In this document: in pieces, positions 36,922 through 46,515 of the stretch | Position numbering within the stretch: the first letter of the stretch is position 1 | How the letters are laid out: each line of letters opens with the position of its first letter | Assembly (NCBI GenBank): GCA_963674825.1 | Contig: OY771587.1 | Span: 3,776,001 to 3,840,000, forward strand | Source of the DNA: Candidatus Cloacimonadales bacterium | Lineage (GTDB): Bacteria; Cloacimonadota; Cloacimonadia; Cloacimonadales; JAIOQZ01 | Direction: 5' to 3' | Length of the DNA stretch: 64,000 nucleotides | Translations under genes and position numbers: made by a program | The notes under the pieces: generated by a model | What the model was told of the DNA's origin: nothing | What the model saw: only the letters and a program-made list of their open reading frames with translations | The model's database searches: none

Positions 36922-37446
36922 ATGCGGAACCTGATCCTCATATTGTTCGCCGCGACACTGATCCTTTCAGGATGCGGCCAGGAAAAGAAAGCGGAAACGG
37001 CAGCACTCGCTGAAGGCAGCTTTATCGCAGAGCACGACTTTACGTTGAAAGATATGCTGGGAAACGAGTTTGTCCTCTCCGAACAGAGTGGGCTTATCAT
37101 CTTGGATTTCTGGGCAACCTGGTGTCCACCATGTCGCGCCGAATTACCTGTGTTGCAGCAGCTTCACGAGCAATTCAAGGACAACGGTCTCACCATTGTC
37201 GGCATCAGTACCGAGCCATCCGAAACGATTCAGAAATTTATCGACGAAATGGCAACTAATGGCGTGAACTTGAACTACAAGATGGTACTCGACCCAGGCG
37301 GAAAGGTAACCCAAGCGTTTGGCATCAAAAACATTCCATCGACCTACATCATCGGAAAAGATGGCGAACTGCTCCGTCATGAAATCGGCTTCTCTCCGGA
37401 GTTGGTTGACGAATTCCACAAACTCATCAAAGAGCAACTGCAATAG
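36922..37446 (+). CDS. TlpA/ResA-like lipoprotein disulfide reductase
   Basis: Lipobox LSGC; LDFWATWCPPC; IPSTYII. Confidence 0.9.
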   Translation: MRNLILILFAATLILSGCGQEKKAETAALAEGSFIAEHDFTLKDMLGNEFVLSEQSGLIILDFWATWCPPCRAELPVLQQLHEQFKDNGLTIVGISTEPSETIQKFIDEMATNGVNLNYKMVLDPGGKVTQAFGIKNIPSTYIIGKDGELLRHEIGFSPELVDEFHKLIKEQLQ

Positions 37447-37462
37447 TTTATCCATAAATATG

Positions 37463-37495
37463 AAAGACCAGGTTCATACAGAGCCTGGTCTTTTT
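37463..37495 (+). terminator. Intrinsic (probably bidirectional) terminator
   Basis: AAAGACCAGGTTC-ATACA-GAGCCTGGTCTTTTT between convergent genes. Confidence 0.8.
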
Positions 37496-37511
37496 CATTG
37501 CAGCAATTAGA

Positions 37512-37982
37512 TCAATAATTCTCAAAGAATTTTCGAAGCGGTTCTGGAATCTCTTCCATGAACTTCGGTCCGGATCCGATCACAATCTTACCTTCCGCAT
37601 AGCGTTTTCTGCTTTCCATGGCTTCTTCTTCCGCCCAGCGCTCCACGCCGATCTTCTTCATACGCAGCAGATTATAAACCTTCTGATTTTGAGGGTAACT
37701 CTGTGCCTGCCAAGCGCATGGGTGCAGGATCTTACAGGGAAATTCGTCGCATTCGAAGCAGAATTCGATGCCTTTTGCCTTCACGCATTCCTGGCACTCG
37801 CATTTCTTCTCTCCGAAAAGCGCACAACCAGTTATTTTGCAGCCTCCACAGGCTACAGTCGCGGGATCGACACCTCGCCGTGAAGCGATCGCCTGCGCGA
37901 GCTCTGGTTTGATATTATCCTTATAAACCTGGCAATTGAAGCAATCGACACCACAGTGTGAAGTCAGTTTTCTGTAATCCAT
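37512..37982 (-). CDS. DUF3795-type Cys-rich protein
   Basis: CGVDCFNC, CGGC and CVKAKGIEFCFECDEFPC pattern. Confidence 0.8.
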   Translation of the reverse strand: MDYRKLTSHCGVDCFNCQVYKDNIKPELAQAIASRRGVDPATVACGGCKITGCALFGEKKCECQECVKAKGIEFCFECDEFPCKILHPCAWQAQSYPQNQKVYNLLRMKKIGVERWAEEEAMESRKRYAEGKIVIGSGPKFMEEIPEPLRKFFENY

Positions 37983-38064
37983 GGTTCCTCCTTCGGATCG
38001 TTTCTATATGGTTTGAGTCAAAAAATCCAAAGAGGTTACAAAGAATCGTAATTTTCTTTCTTAT

Positions 38065-38230
38065 TTGGAGCGCCAAGCCCCAGCTTGGCAGGAGATAAGC
38101 CTTCTTCTCTATTGGAGCGCCAAGCCCCAGCTTGGCAAGAGATGAGCCTTCTTCTCTATTGGATCGCCAAGCCCCAGCTTGGCAAGAGATGAGCCTTCTT
38201 CTCTATTGGATCGCCAAGCACCAGCTTGGT
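38065..38230. repeat. 47-bp tandem array (3.5 units) of REP-like hairpins
   Basis: Units start at 38065, 38112, 38159 and 38206. The core is GGA(G/T)CGCCAAG-CCCCAG-CTTGGC and the linkers are nearly identical. Confidence 0.9.
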
Positions 38231-38273
38231 AAAAGAAGGCGAATTTGATGAGCGTCGGATCAAGCTGGATTCA

Positions 38274-39062
38274 TCAGCTATCCAGCATCTTGATGTTGCC
38301 CTGTTTGCGTAGCTTCTTCACGCGTTGCTTGAATTGTTCAAGGGTCTGACCCTCAATCGTCGTGTGATAGAGCGGCTCAAAGTCCAGTATCTGTTCTAGC
38401 TCATCCTGAAAGCGCTTCTTGCTTTCGCGTTCTTCTTGTGGAACAGCCCGGATCGAAAGGAGCTTGTCCAGGTTATCATTCTTCTGGATATGACAGGCGA
38501 ACGTACTGCAATAGCACACACCATCCTTACGTACAAGCGAACAGCGACCATCGAAATGAGCCTTGATAAGATCGCGCGCACGGTGAAGGTCTGTCTTCAC
38601 CATCGCTTGGCTGCATTCCAGGATTTCAGCAGTGTCCGCTACCGAGAAATCGAGGATCACCCGCAGCGTAAACACCACGCGATAACGCGGCGGCATGCAA
38701 TTCATGAACATCTGCAAGCACGACTGTTTCACCCGTTCCACCAGATAATCGTCATCCGAATACCCGGCCTGGTTGATTACTTCATAGACATCCCGCTCGG
38801 TCAGCTCGTGCTCCTCGGCATAGGTCGTAACATGAAGACGCCTCTCCTTGTGGAATCGATTACGAGCAGTATTGAGTGCGATCTTGTACAGCCAGGTATA
38901 GTACGAGCTATCACCACGGAAATTCTGCCAGCCCTTGTAGGCGTTGAGGAATGCTTCCTGCATCACGTCTTCGGTGTCCTCGCGACATCCCGTCATGCGG
39001 AAAACCATCGTGTAAAGCCGTTTGTAGTGCTGATTGAATACGCTGTCGAAATCCTGTTGCAT
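38274..39062 (-). CDS. ECF sigma factor with Cys-containing C-terminal extension
   Basis: DTEDVMQEAFLNAY, FRGDSSYYTWLYKIALN and region 4 SVADTAEILECSQAMVKTDLHRAR, then GRCSLVRKDGVCYC. Start placed at MQQDF after AGGAG. Confidence 0.88.
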   Translation of the reverse strand: MQQDFDSVFNQHYKRLYTMVFRMTGCREDTEDVMQEAFLNAYKGWQNFRGDSSYYTWLYKIALNTARNRFHKERRLHVTTYAEEHELTERDVYEVINQAGYSDDDYLVERVKQSCLQMFMNCMPPRYRVVFTLRVILDFSVADTAEILECSQAMVKTDLHRARDLIKAHFDGRCSLVRKDGVCYCSTFACHIQKNDNLDKLLSIRAVPQEERESKKRFQDELEQILDFEPLYHTTIEGQTLEQFKQRVKKLRKQGNIKMLDS

Positions 39063-39197
39063 TGCTCTACTCCTTTCTTTCTTGACCAATCTCACCTCAT
39101 TATTTATCGTCAATAAAAAAATTACTGTCATAAGAGGATTGAAACAGCCCCTGTTCTATACCGTTAATATTGCGAAGGATTAAACAAAGGAGCCCAT

Positions 39198-40574
39198 ATG
39201 ACAATTTACATGAAGTCTCCAGGCATAAAGCTGGCGATGATCATCGCGCTCACGCTGCTACTCTTGATCCCCACAGCATTTATCATCAGCCTGATCAACG
39301 AACGTAGCGACCGGCTCGACAATGCCGCAACCGAAGTTTCGTCGAAATGGGGCCAGGCACAGGCGATCGCAGGCCCAGTACTGACGGTCAAAGGAATCGT
39401 AACGCAAAAAGTCGAAGATAAAACCGTGAAAACACCTGCCGTTGACACAGTGCTCTTGCCTTCCAAATACAATGTCAGCTGCGAAACTAAAAGCGAGACG
39501 CGTAAGCGCGGTATATACACCATCCCGGTTTATACCGCTAACATCGTCGTGGAAGGCAGCTTCCCCGCATACAAGATTGAGGACATCTGGAAAACGGATG
39601 ACACCGTCGATCTCACCAACGTCAACCTGTCATTTATCCTGAACGACAACCGGGGAATTATCGGAACGCCTAAAATCACGCTCAATGGAGAACATTATGA
39701 AGTAATCCCTGGCATCCCCAATAAAAAGCTGGTCGGTTCCGTTACGAGAACAACGTCAAGAGCATATGGGTTCAGCGGTTCCTCCGAATACAGCAAAGAA
39801 CACGATATAGACGAAGGTTTCCAGCTCGAGATCGATCGCGAGATGCTGAAAGAGCCCCTCCATTATAAGATCGAAATGACATTGCGTGGCACTAGCGAAC
39901 TTCACGTGGTTGCCATCGGTAAGGAATCGACCCTCCACATGACTTCCGATTGGCCGCACCCCAGCTTTACCGGGACATTCATCCCGACCTCGCACGAAAT
40001 CACCGATAACGGCTTCACCGCGGATTGGTCGGCCAGCGAGATGAACCGCAGCTTTCCGCAGGTTCTGGCGGGAACACAACGCATCACCAATGCGGACTTC
40101 GGCGTCAAGCTTATCCAGCCGGTTACGCACTACTCAAAAGTGGAACGCTCGGTCAAATACGCCATCCTGGTCATCGGGCTGACCTTCATCACCTTTTTCC
40201 TCGGCGAGATCCTGCTACGCAGCAAGGTCCACCCCATCCAGTATCTGCTCATCGGATTCTCGCTGCTGCTCTTCTATCTGCTCCTGCTCGCGCTCAGCGA
40301 ATACATGGCGTTCGCCGTCTCTTACATTATCGCCACCAGCGCTACCATTGTTCTAATTGGGCTCTATTCCTGGGGTGCACTGAAGAAGATGAAGCTATCC
40401 GTTTGGGTTTCTGCCATCCTCGTCATCATTTACACCCTGCTCTACGTGCTGATGAACCTGGAAGACTACACCTTGCTCGTGGGCAGCATCGCGCTCTTCA
40501 TTATCCTCTCGGCGATCATGTACCTTACCCGTAAGATTGACTGGTATAGCATGACCGGTCGAAACGGAGAGTAA
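39198..40574 (+). CDS. creD: Inner membrane protein CreD
   Basis: LINER, WGQAQAIAGP, RKRGIY, SDWPHPSF, ERSVKYAIL, VHPIQYLLIG and MYLTRKIDWY. Confidence 0.92.
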   Translation: MTIYMKSPGIKLAMIIALTLLLLIPTAFIISLINERSDRLDNAATEVSSKWGQAQAIAGPVLTVKGIVTQKVEDKTVKTPAVDTVLLPSKYNVSCETKSETRKRGIYTIPVYTANIVVEGSFPAYKIEDIWKTDDTVDLTNVNLSFILNDNRGIIGTPKITLNGEHYEVIPGIPNKKLVGSVTRTTSRAYGFSGSSEYSKEHDIDEGFQLEIDREMLKEPLHYKIEMTLRGTSELHVVAIGKESTLHMTSDWPHPSFTGTFIPTSHEITDNGFTADWSASEMNRSFPQVLAGTQRITNADFGVKLIQPVTHYSKVERSVKYAILVIGLTFITFFLGEILLRSKVHPIQYLLIGFSLLLFYLLLLALSEYMAFAVSYIIATSATIVLIGLYSWGALKKMKLSVWVSAILVIIYTLLYVLMNLEDYTLLVGSIALFIILSAIMYLTRKIDWYSMTGRNGE

Positions 40575-40626
40575 AGCCAATAGTGGCTGTAAGGGCACGT
40601 CACTGTGCCTGCTCGAATGAATAAAG

Positions 40627-40654
40627 AAAGCCCGGGGCATCAGCCTCGGGCTTT
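40627..40654. terminator. Bidirectional terminator-like hairpin
   Basis: AAAGCCCGGGGC-ATCA-GCCTCGGGCTTT between convergent genes. Confidence 0.75.
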
Positions 40655-40666
40655 CGTATAAATTAT

Positions 40667-40769
40667 CCGTGCAGCAGATTCGTTCGGTCGCAAGCGTAGC
40701 CGTGGTGTTACACGACGCAGTCGTGTTCATTCACGGCGCAGCGAAGCAGACGAACGTAGATGCGCACGG
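40667..40769. repeat. ~103-nt nested palindromic element (REP/MITE-like)
   Basis: Nested pairs CCGTGC/GCACGG, TTCGT/ACGAA, GCCGTG/CACGGC and ACACGAC-GCA-GTCGTGT, with GCGTAGC and GCGAAGC motifs in the arms. Confidence 0.65.
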
Positions 40770-40781
40770 CAGACATAGTCG

Positions 40782-42242
40782 CTACAGGTTCTTCAGCAAG
40801 CCGGTACGATCGTTGAATTGCTCGATCATCTCATCCCATTCATCCACGCGAGCATACTGCGACTGCCAGTAATCGTCGTCAAACCACTGCGCGTTGATTT
40901 CCTCGACCGTTTTTCCCTGCTGCTCCACCCATGTGAAGTACTTAAGGTTATGCATCCGCTTGCGATCATAGTGACCAAGCTCCTGCATCCAGTCGATAGA
41001 CTGCCCGATCAGGCTACGTTCGAAATCGACATTCGCGTTGGTTTCGGTGTACTCGCCATGTTTCTGGTGCTCCTGTTTGAGGCGCGAGCCATACATTTCC
41101 ATGCTGTCCGTCGCGACGGTGAACATAGCGTCGTTCTCGTTCATCTCATAGTACTTCGCCATCTTGATCGCACCAAGAATGTTGGCGATCGATGAGATAC
41201 CGAAGACGTTCAGCATGTTGATCAACATCGGATCGATCCCCTTCTGCTTGAGCAGCGCATGGCCGTCCGGTTCGTTGAAGAGACGCATCAGGCGGATGGT
41301 ATCGTCGTCATCGATATCCACTACCATGTCGGTGTTTTTCAAGTTGTGGATCCACGGTACATGCTTATCGCCAATACCCTCGATGCGATGTCCGCCATAG
41401 CCGTTGTACAGCAATGTCGGGCACTGCATGGCCTCACCGGCACCCACCTTGATGGTCGGAAATACGGTCTTGAGATAATCCGCGCTGCCAAGCGTTCCAG
41501 CGGAACCCTGCGTGAGGAAGATTCCCGAGAATCTCGCCTTCGGGCCGCAATTCTGATGGAAAACCTCTTCCATCGCGCGTCCTGTCACATGGTAATGCCA
41601 CATGGAGTTACCGATTTCCTCAAACTGGTTCAGCACCACGATCTCGTCGCCGCGCTCAGCTTTGAGCTGCTTGGTCTTGTCGTAAATCTCCTTCACGTTG
41701 CTCTCGCAACCCGGAGTTTTGATAACTTCGGAGCCCACTTTATGCAGCCATTCGAAGCGTTCTTCCGACATCTCCTCCGGCAACACCGCGATAGAATGAC
41801 AGCCCAGAAGATAGGAATCGTACGCTCCACCGCGGCAATAGTTACCCGTTGAAGGCCAAAGCGCTTTCTGCGTGGTGGGATCGAAACGGCCGGTCACCAG
41901 TTTTTCCACCAGTGGACCAAACGTCGCGCCAACCTTGTGCGCACCCGTCGGGAAGAACTTACCCAGCAGGATGAAAATACGAGCTTTCACACCGGTCAAT
42001 TCGCTCGGAAGCTCCAGATAGTTCACGTTACCGAAGCCACCGCCGAATTTAATCGGCTCATTCTTCCAGGTGATGCGGAAAAGATTGGTGGGATCGAGGT
42101 CCCAGAGTCCGAGATTTTGGAGCTTGCCTTTGATCTTCTGCGGGATCAGGCCCGGATCGATCATCTGTTTGTAGGTTGGAATGATGATGCCTCTCTGGCG
42201 GCACCTCTCCACTGTATTTTTTAGAACTTGTTCGTTATTCAT
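40782..42242 (-). CDS. PLP-dependent fold-type II enzyme (cysteine-synthase/threonine-dehydratase-like)
   Basis: FPTGAHKVG (PLP Lys), WPSTGNYCRGG, GSAGT and HRIEGIGDKHVPW; start at MNNEQ after GGAG. Confidence 0.85.
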   Translation of the reverse strand: MNNEQVLKNTVERCRQRGIIIPTYKQMIDPGLIPQKIKGKLQNLGLWDLDPTNLFRITWKNEPIKFGGGFGNVNYLELPSELTGVKARIFILLGKFFPTGAHKVGATFGPLVEKLVTGRFDPTTQKALWPSTGNYCRGGAYDSYLLGCHSIAVLPEEMSEERFEWLHKVGSEVIKTPGCESNVKEIYDKTKQLKAERGDEIVVLNQFEEIGNSMWHYHVTGRAMEEVFHQNCGPKARFSGIFLTQGSAGTLGSADYLKTVFPTIKVGAGEAMQCPTLLYNGYGGHRIEGIGDKHVPWIHNLKNTDMVVDIDDDDTIRLMRLFNEPDGHALLKQKGIDPMLINMLNVFGISSIANILGAIKMAKYYEMNENDAMFTVATDSMEMYGSRLKQEHQKHGEYTETNANVDFERSLIGQSIDWMQELGHYDRKRMHNLKYFTWVEQQGKTVEEINAQWFDDDYWQSQYARVDEWDEMIEQFNDRTGLLKNL

Positions 42243-42301
42243 CGCGTTCTCCAGTTTCGTTTTTTGAGTAACAGGCAATATTCCGAAACCGTTCAACTTT
42301 G

Positions 42302-43795
42302 TCAATCTTCTTCGATTTCTTCAGCTTCCGTTTCTTCCAGCATCTTGTTATCGAGCTGCTTCGTTGTCTTGAGACCAAGTTTTTTCAGCCGCTCGGTTCT
42401 ACCTACGAGATTACCCTTGCCGGTCGAAAGCTTCTTCATCGCCTGTTGATATGCTTCGTCCGTCCGCTTGATATGCTTTTCTATATTCTGCAATTCATCC
42501 ACGAACAGTACGAACTTGTCGTAAAGGTCACCGCCTTGACGCGCGATCTCCATAGCGTTCTTGGTCTGGTTCTCCTGCCGCCACGTGTGTGCAACCGTAA
42601 GAAGCGTTGCCAGTAGCGTGCTCGGACTGACGATCACGATCTTTTTCTTCAGCCCTTCATCGAAAAGACTGCTGTCCGGCTGAAAGATATACGGCGAAAC
42701 ACCTTCGATCGGTATAAACATCAGCACGAACGCTGGCGTGTTGAGTCCCTTGAGCTGCTCGTAATGTTTATCATGAAGCTCGTTGATGTGCTTCCTCACC
42801 GAAAGCTGTAAGTCCTTCTGATGTTGATCGCGTTTGTCCGGATCATCCTCGGCTGTAAGCCGTTCGTACGCTACCAAACTAACCTTGGAATCGATAATCA
42901 GGTGCTTTTCTTCTGGAAGCTTCACGATGTAGTCTGGACGTTGCTGCGAACCTTCTTCGCTGTGCAGATCCATGGCTTTACCTTGCGCTACGTACTCGAT
43001 TCCCTCGCGAAGGCCGGAGCTTTCCAGGATACGCTTCAGGATCACCTCTCCCCAATTGCCCATCACCTTGACATCGCCCTTGAGCGCTTTTGTCAGATTA
43101 TGCGCCTCTTCGGACATCTTGTTGTTGAGCTCGCGCAGACTCTTGATCTGCTGAACCAGCGTCGCGTTGCGGTCGATGTGATCCTTATTGGTCTCCTCGA
43201 TGCGACTCTCGAACTTAGTGATGTTCTCGCGCAGCGGCTTGAGAATCTCTTCCAGTTTGTTTCGGTTCTGCTCGGTGAACTTGGTGCTCTTCTCCTCGAA
43301 GATTCGGTTCGCAAGATTCTCGAAAGTCTCCTTGAACTTCTCCTGCATCTGCCGAAGCTCTTCTTTCTGCGTCTCAAGCTTCTCCAACAGCGCTTTCTGC
43401 TCCGCTTCCAGCGTGTTGTAAGCGATCTGCTGACGCTGCAAGCTTCCTTTCTCTTCATCCAGCGCTTTCTCGAGAGACGAGCTTCTGACGCTGACACGCT
43501 CGATTTCGTTGAGCAGCATTTCGCGCTCCTTCTCTAGCGCTGCAAGCTTCTGAGCACGTTCGGAAACCTGCTCTCGAAGCACTTCTATCTGTCCCTGGAA
43601 CTGAATCTGTTCGGTTTTCAGCAGACTATTTTCGGCTTCCAGCTTGCTCTTCTGATCTTGCAGAATCGCATGCCTCTGGCGCATCTCATCGCTACCTCCT
43701 GTCTTCTTGAGGATTACAATAAACAGCGCTGCGATCCCACCAATGATTATAACATAAAACAATGGTCCCAACAGCCAGCCGAAACCAAACATCAA
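42302..43795 (-). CDS. rmuC: DNA recombination protein RmuC
   Basis: N-terminal TM, coiled coil, FENLANRIFEEK, GNWGEVILKRILESSGL, RPDYIVKLP...IIDSKVSL and VLMFIPIE. Confidence 0.93.
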   Translation of the reverse strand: MMFGFGWLLGPLFYVIIIGGIAALFIVILKKTGGSDEMRQRHAILQDQKSKLEAENSLLKTEQIQFQGQIEVLREQVSERAQKLAALEKEREMLLNEIERVSVRSSSLEKALDEEKGSLQRQQIAYNTLEAEQKALLEKLETQKEELRQMQEKFKETFENLANRIFEEKSTKFTEQNRNKLEEILKPLRENITKFESRIEETNKDHIDRNATLVQQIKSLRELNNKMSEEAHNLTKALKGDVKVMGNWGEVILKRILESSGLREGIEYVAQGKAMDLHSEEGSQQRPDYIVKLPEEKHLIIDSKVSLVAYERLTAEDDPDKRDQHQKDLQLSVRKHINELHDKHYEQLKGLNTPAFVLMFIPIEGVSPYIFQPDSSLFDEGLKKKIVIVSPSTLLATLLTVAHTWRQENQTKNAMEIARQGGDLYDKFVLFVDELQNIEKHIKRTDEAYQQAMKKLSTGKGNLVGRTERLKKLGLKTTKQLDNKMLEETEAEEIEED

Positions 43796-44781
43796 ATCCG
43801 TCCCCCCATCACCAGCGCCATCAGGGCTTTCTGCGCGTGCAGACGGTTCTCAGCTTCCTGGAAAACTACCGAGTGCGGTCCGTCGATCACGGAGTCAGTC
43901 ACTTCACGGCCACGGTCGGCAGGCAGCGGATGCATATAAATGGAGTGCTTCTTCGTCAGCGACATCGCGCGGTCATCGCACACCCAACTCGGATATTTCT
44001 CGATCAGCGCCAGTCCTTCTTTCTGATCCTCAGTGTGGATAAGCGGACCCCACGACTTCGGAATCACGATGTCCGCGTCCCTGAAGGCGTCGTCGAACTC
44101 ATGCGATATCTCGAATTTCACGCCGGCTTCCTCGGCATTCTTCTTCGCCTGTGCCTCGATCTCGGGCATAAGCTTGAATTCCGGCGGATAGGCAAGCGTC
44201 ACATCGATGCCAAAGCGCGGCATCATGAGGATGAGGCTCTGCGGAACGGAAAGCGGACGGATATAGTTTGGCGCGCTTGTCCAGGCCACGCCGAGCTTGA
44301 GTCCACGGGTATTGGTGCCGAAGCGTTCTCGAATGGTCATGTAGTCGGCCAGGATCTGGCATGGATGGTAGATGTCACACTGCATGTTCAGCACCGGAAC
44401 GCTGGCTTCCTTGGCCATCTCGGTGATATACTGGTTGCCGACCTTGTAGTCGCAGTGGCGGATGGCGATGCCTTCGCCATAGGATGAGAGCACCTTCGCG
44501 GTGTCGCGGATGCTTTCGCCGTGGGAGATTTGCGTCTTCTCAGGTGAGAGGAAAATCGAGTGGCCGCCCAACTGGGTCATGCCGGTCTCAAATGAGTTTC
44601 GGGTGCGGGTTGACGAGAAGAAAAACAGCATGTAGAGCGTTTTATACATAAGAAGCGGATGGGGCTTGCCCAGCGCGTGATCCTTCTTGAGATCCGCGGC
44701 CACTTCCAGCACGGTATTCAGTTCATCGACCGTCCAGTCCTGGGTCGTAATGAAGTCTCTTCCTTTCAGATTGGTAATCAT
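43792..44781 (-). CDS. Carbamoyltransferase, YgeW/knotted-type-like
   Basis: SSTRTR, HPCQ and HPLP (in place of HCLP) motifs, plus RPLSVPQS resembling the YgeW KPLSVPQG; start at MITNL after GGAGG. Confidence 0.8.
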   Translation of the reverse strand: MITNLKGRDFITTQDWTVDELNTVLEVAADLKKDHALGKPHPLLMYKTLYMLFFFSSTRTRNSFETGMTQLGGHSIFLSPEKTQISHGESIRDTAKVLSSYGEGIAIRHCDYKVGNQYITEMAKEASVPVLNMQCDIYHPCQILADYMTIRERFGTNTRGLKLGVAWTSAPNYIRPLSVPQSLILMMPRFGIDVTLAYPPEFKLMPEIEAQAKKNAEEAGVKFEISHEFDDAFRDADIVIPKSWGPLIHTEDQKEGLALIEKYPSWVCDDRAMSLTKKHSIYMHPLPADRGREVTDSVIDGPHSVVFQEAENRLHAQKALMALVMGGRI

Positions 44782-44912
44782 AGGTACCTCCAATTGATTT
44801 CAATTTCAGCATAAACTTGCAGATATCCCCGCTGCGGTCAAGAAAATACTTGCAACGAACACCAATTATAGCGATACTGGAAATTAGCGATTCTCAACAC
44901 AAGGAGTATTGG

Positions 44913-45578
44913 ATGTACGCGGTTCTAACAGGCGATATCGTTGGATCGTCAAAAATGAGCGATGAGCTGCGCGAACAGACGTTCTCGCGCATTCGACAGC
45001 AACTGGAATTCATCCAGCAGGGAAAGACCGCCTTCCCACTCAGCATCTACCGCGGCGATAGCTGGCAGATCCTGCTCGATGACCCTAAAGACGCGCTGCG
45101 TCTTACCCTCCTGATCCGTACTGCGCTGCTGATGGGCAATTACGATGGCAAAGATCGCGCCGATACGCGCGTCTCGATCGGCATCGGGAGCGTCGATAAG
45201 ATCGACCCGGAAGATATCAGCCTCAGCTACGGTGAAGCCTTTACCCTATCGGGACATGGCCTCGAAGCGTTGAAAAAGAAACAGCGCATGGCCTTTGCTG
45301 CACCCTCGCTTGACCAGGGAGATTGCATCGCCGGCGCTGTAATACCACTGCTTGATGCCTTGATCGATAAAATTACCGCCAAGCAGGCTCGCGCGATGAA
45401 TGGGGAGCTACAGGGGAAATCACTTGAAGTAAATGCAGAGCATATTACATCATCGGGAAATCCGATCACAAAGCAAGGAGTTTGGCAGCACTTGCAGCGA
45501 ATCCATAGCAATACAATCATGGATGTTATCAGTAGTTTGTCCGACTATATTAATGGAATTAATACAAGCATACCGTAA
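44913..45578 (+). CDS. SatD-family protein with C-terminal HTH-like segment
   Basis: MYAVLTGDIVGSS, IYRGDSWQ, RVSIGIG and GEAFTLSG; AAGGAG RBS. Confidence 0.8.
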   Translation: MYAVLTGDIVGSSKMSDELREQTFSRIRQQLEFIQQGKTAFPLSIYRGDSWQILLDDPKDALRLTLLIRTALLMGNYDGKDRADTRVSIGIGSVDKIDPEDISLSYGEAFTLSGHGLEALKKKQRMAFAAPSLDQGDCIAGAVIPLLDALIDKITAKQARAMNGELQGKSLEVNAEHITSSGNPITKQGVWQHLQRIHSNTIMDVISSLSDYINGINTSIP

Positions 45579-45709
45579 ATCTCATGGGGTTGATTTCATC
45601 GATTTCAATCTTCCAGCATTGACGAAGTGTTTGCCGGAATGGGGCGCAATAACATAAAAACAACCATCGGAATTACAGAGCATTCCATAAGTGATCCTTA
45701 ATAATTATA

Positions 45710-45754
45710 ATGATGTACATACCCATATACATCGTATATGGGTATGTACATCAT
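45710..45754. promoter_or_regulatory. Perfect 21-bp inverted repeat with 3-nt loop
   Basis: ATGATGTACATACCCATATAC-ATC-GTATATGGGTATGTACATCAT, abutting the RBS of the next gene. Function unknown. Confidence 0.55.
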
Positions 45755-45769
45755 AGAGGTAACAGCTAT

Positions 45770-46492
45770 ATGATCCAGTATTTCATCATGCTTATCTGCG
45801 CGCACATGCTGGCGGATTTTCCGCTCCAGACCAACTGGATCGCGCGGCAGAAGAAACGGGTTATCGTATCGATCACACACGCCGTTATCCACATCGCGAC
45901 CACGTTGGCTGTTATTTCGTTGACCGGTTGGAAGATCCCATCGCTGACGATAATCGCGATTGCAGTAGGCATCGGTATCCTGCATAGCATTATCGACCTC
46001 ATCAAGGTTTACTGTTTCGAGGATCACCTCAACTCCTTCCTGATCGACCAGATCGCCCATATCGGCGTGTTGTTACCGGTTGCCTTCCTGATGCAACGAC
46101 AATCTGCGATTTCCTACCACCCGGTTGTCGCTCACATCGTCATTTATATCACCGGTTTTTTTGTTATCTGGAATACGGCGAGCCATTTCATCGACCGATT
46201 CGTTGCTAAGTACTTACCATCTCAGGATAAACAACCGAAGCACACCATTTCCAGCCATAACCAGGCAAGCGACTGGATCGGCAAGTTCGAGCGCATCCTC
46301 GCTTTCGGCTTCATCCTGATGGGTTATCCGGAAGGCATTGGATTCATCATTGCAGGTAAATCGATCCTGCGTTTTCAGGATGCAAAAAAAGAAAAGATGT
46401 CCGAATATATTTTGATCGGTACATTGTTAAGCTTAACAATCGCTATCGGTGTCACGTATCTATGTAGATACACAACAACGCTGTTCAAGTAG
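45770..46492 (+). CDS. DUF3307-family membrane protein
   Basis: AHMLADFPLQT, HSIIDLIK, FLIDQIAH, WIGKFER, AGKSILRF and EYILIGTLLS; the usual neighbour of SatD. Confidence 0.85.
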   Translation: MIQYFIMLICAHMLADFPLQTNWIARQKKRVIVSITHAVIHIATTLAVISLTGWKIPSLTIIAIAVGIGILHSIIDLIKVYCFEDHLNSFLIDQIAHIGVLLPVAFLMQRQSAISYHPVVAHIVIYITGFFVIWNTASHFIDRFVAKYLPSQDKQPKHTISSHNQASDWIGKFERILAFGFILMGYPEGIGFIIAGKSILRFQDAKKEKMSEYILIGTLLSLTIAIGVTYLCRYTTTLFK

Positions 46493-46515
46493 AGCAATTC
46501 AAGAAAGGATCATAC

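Noticed and set aside
38065..38230. CRISPR array
   Set aside because: The intervening sequences are near-identical rather than unique spacers, and no cas genes are present.
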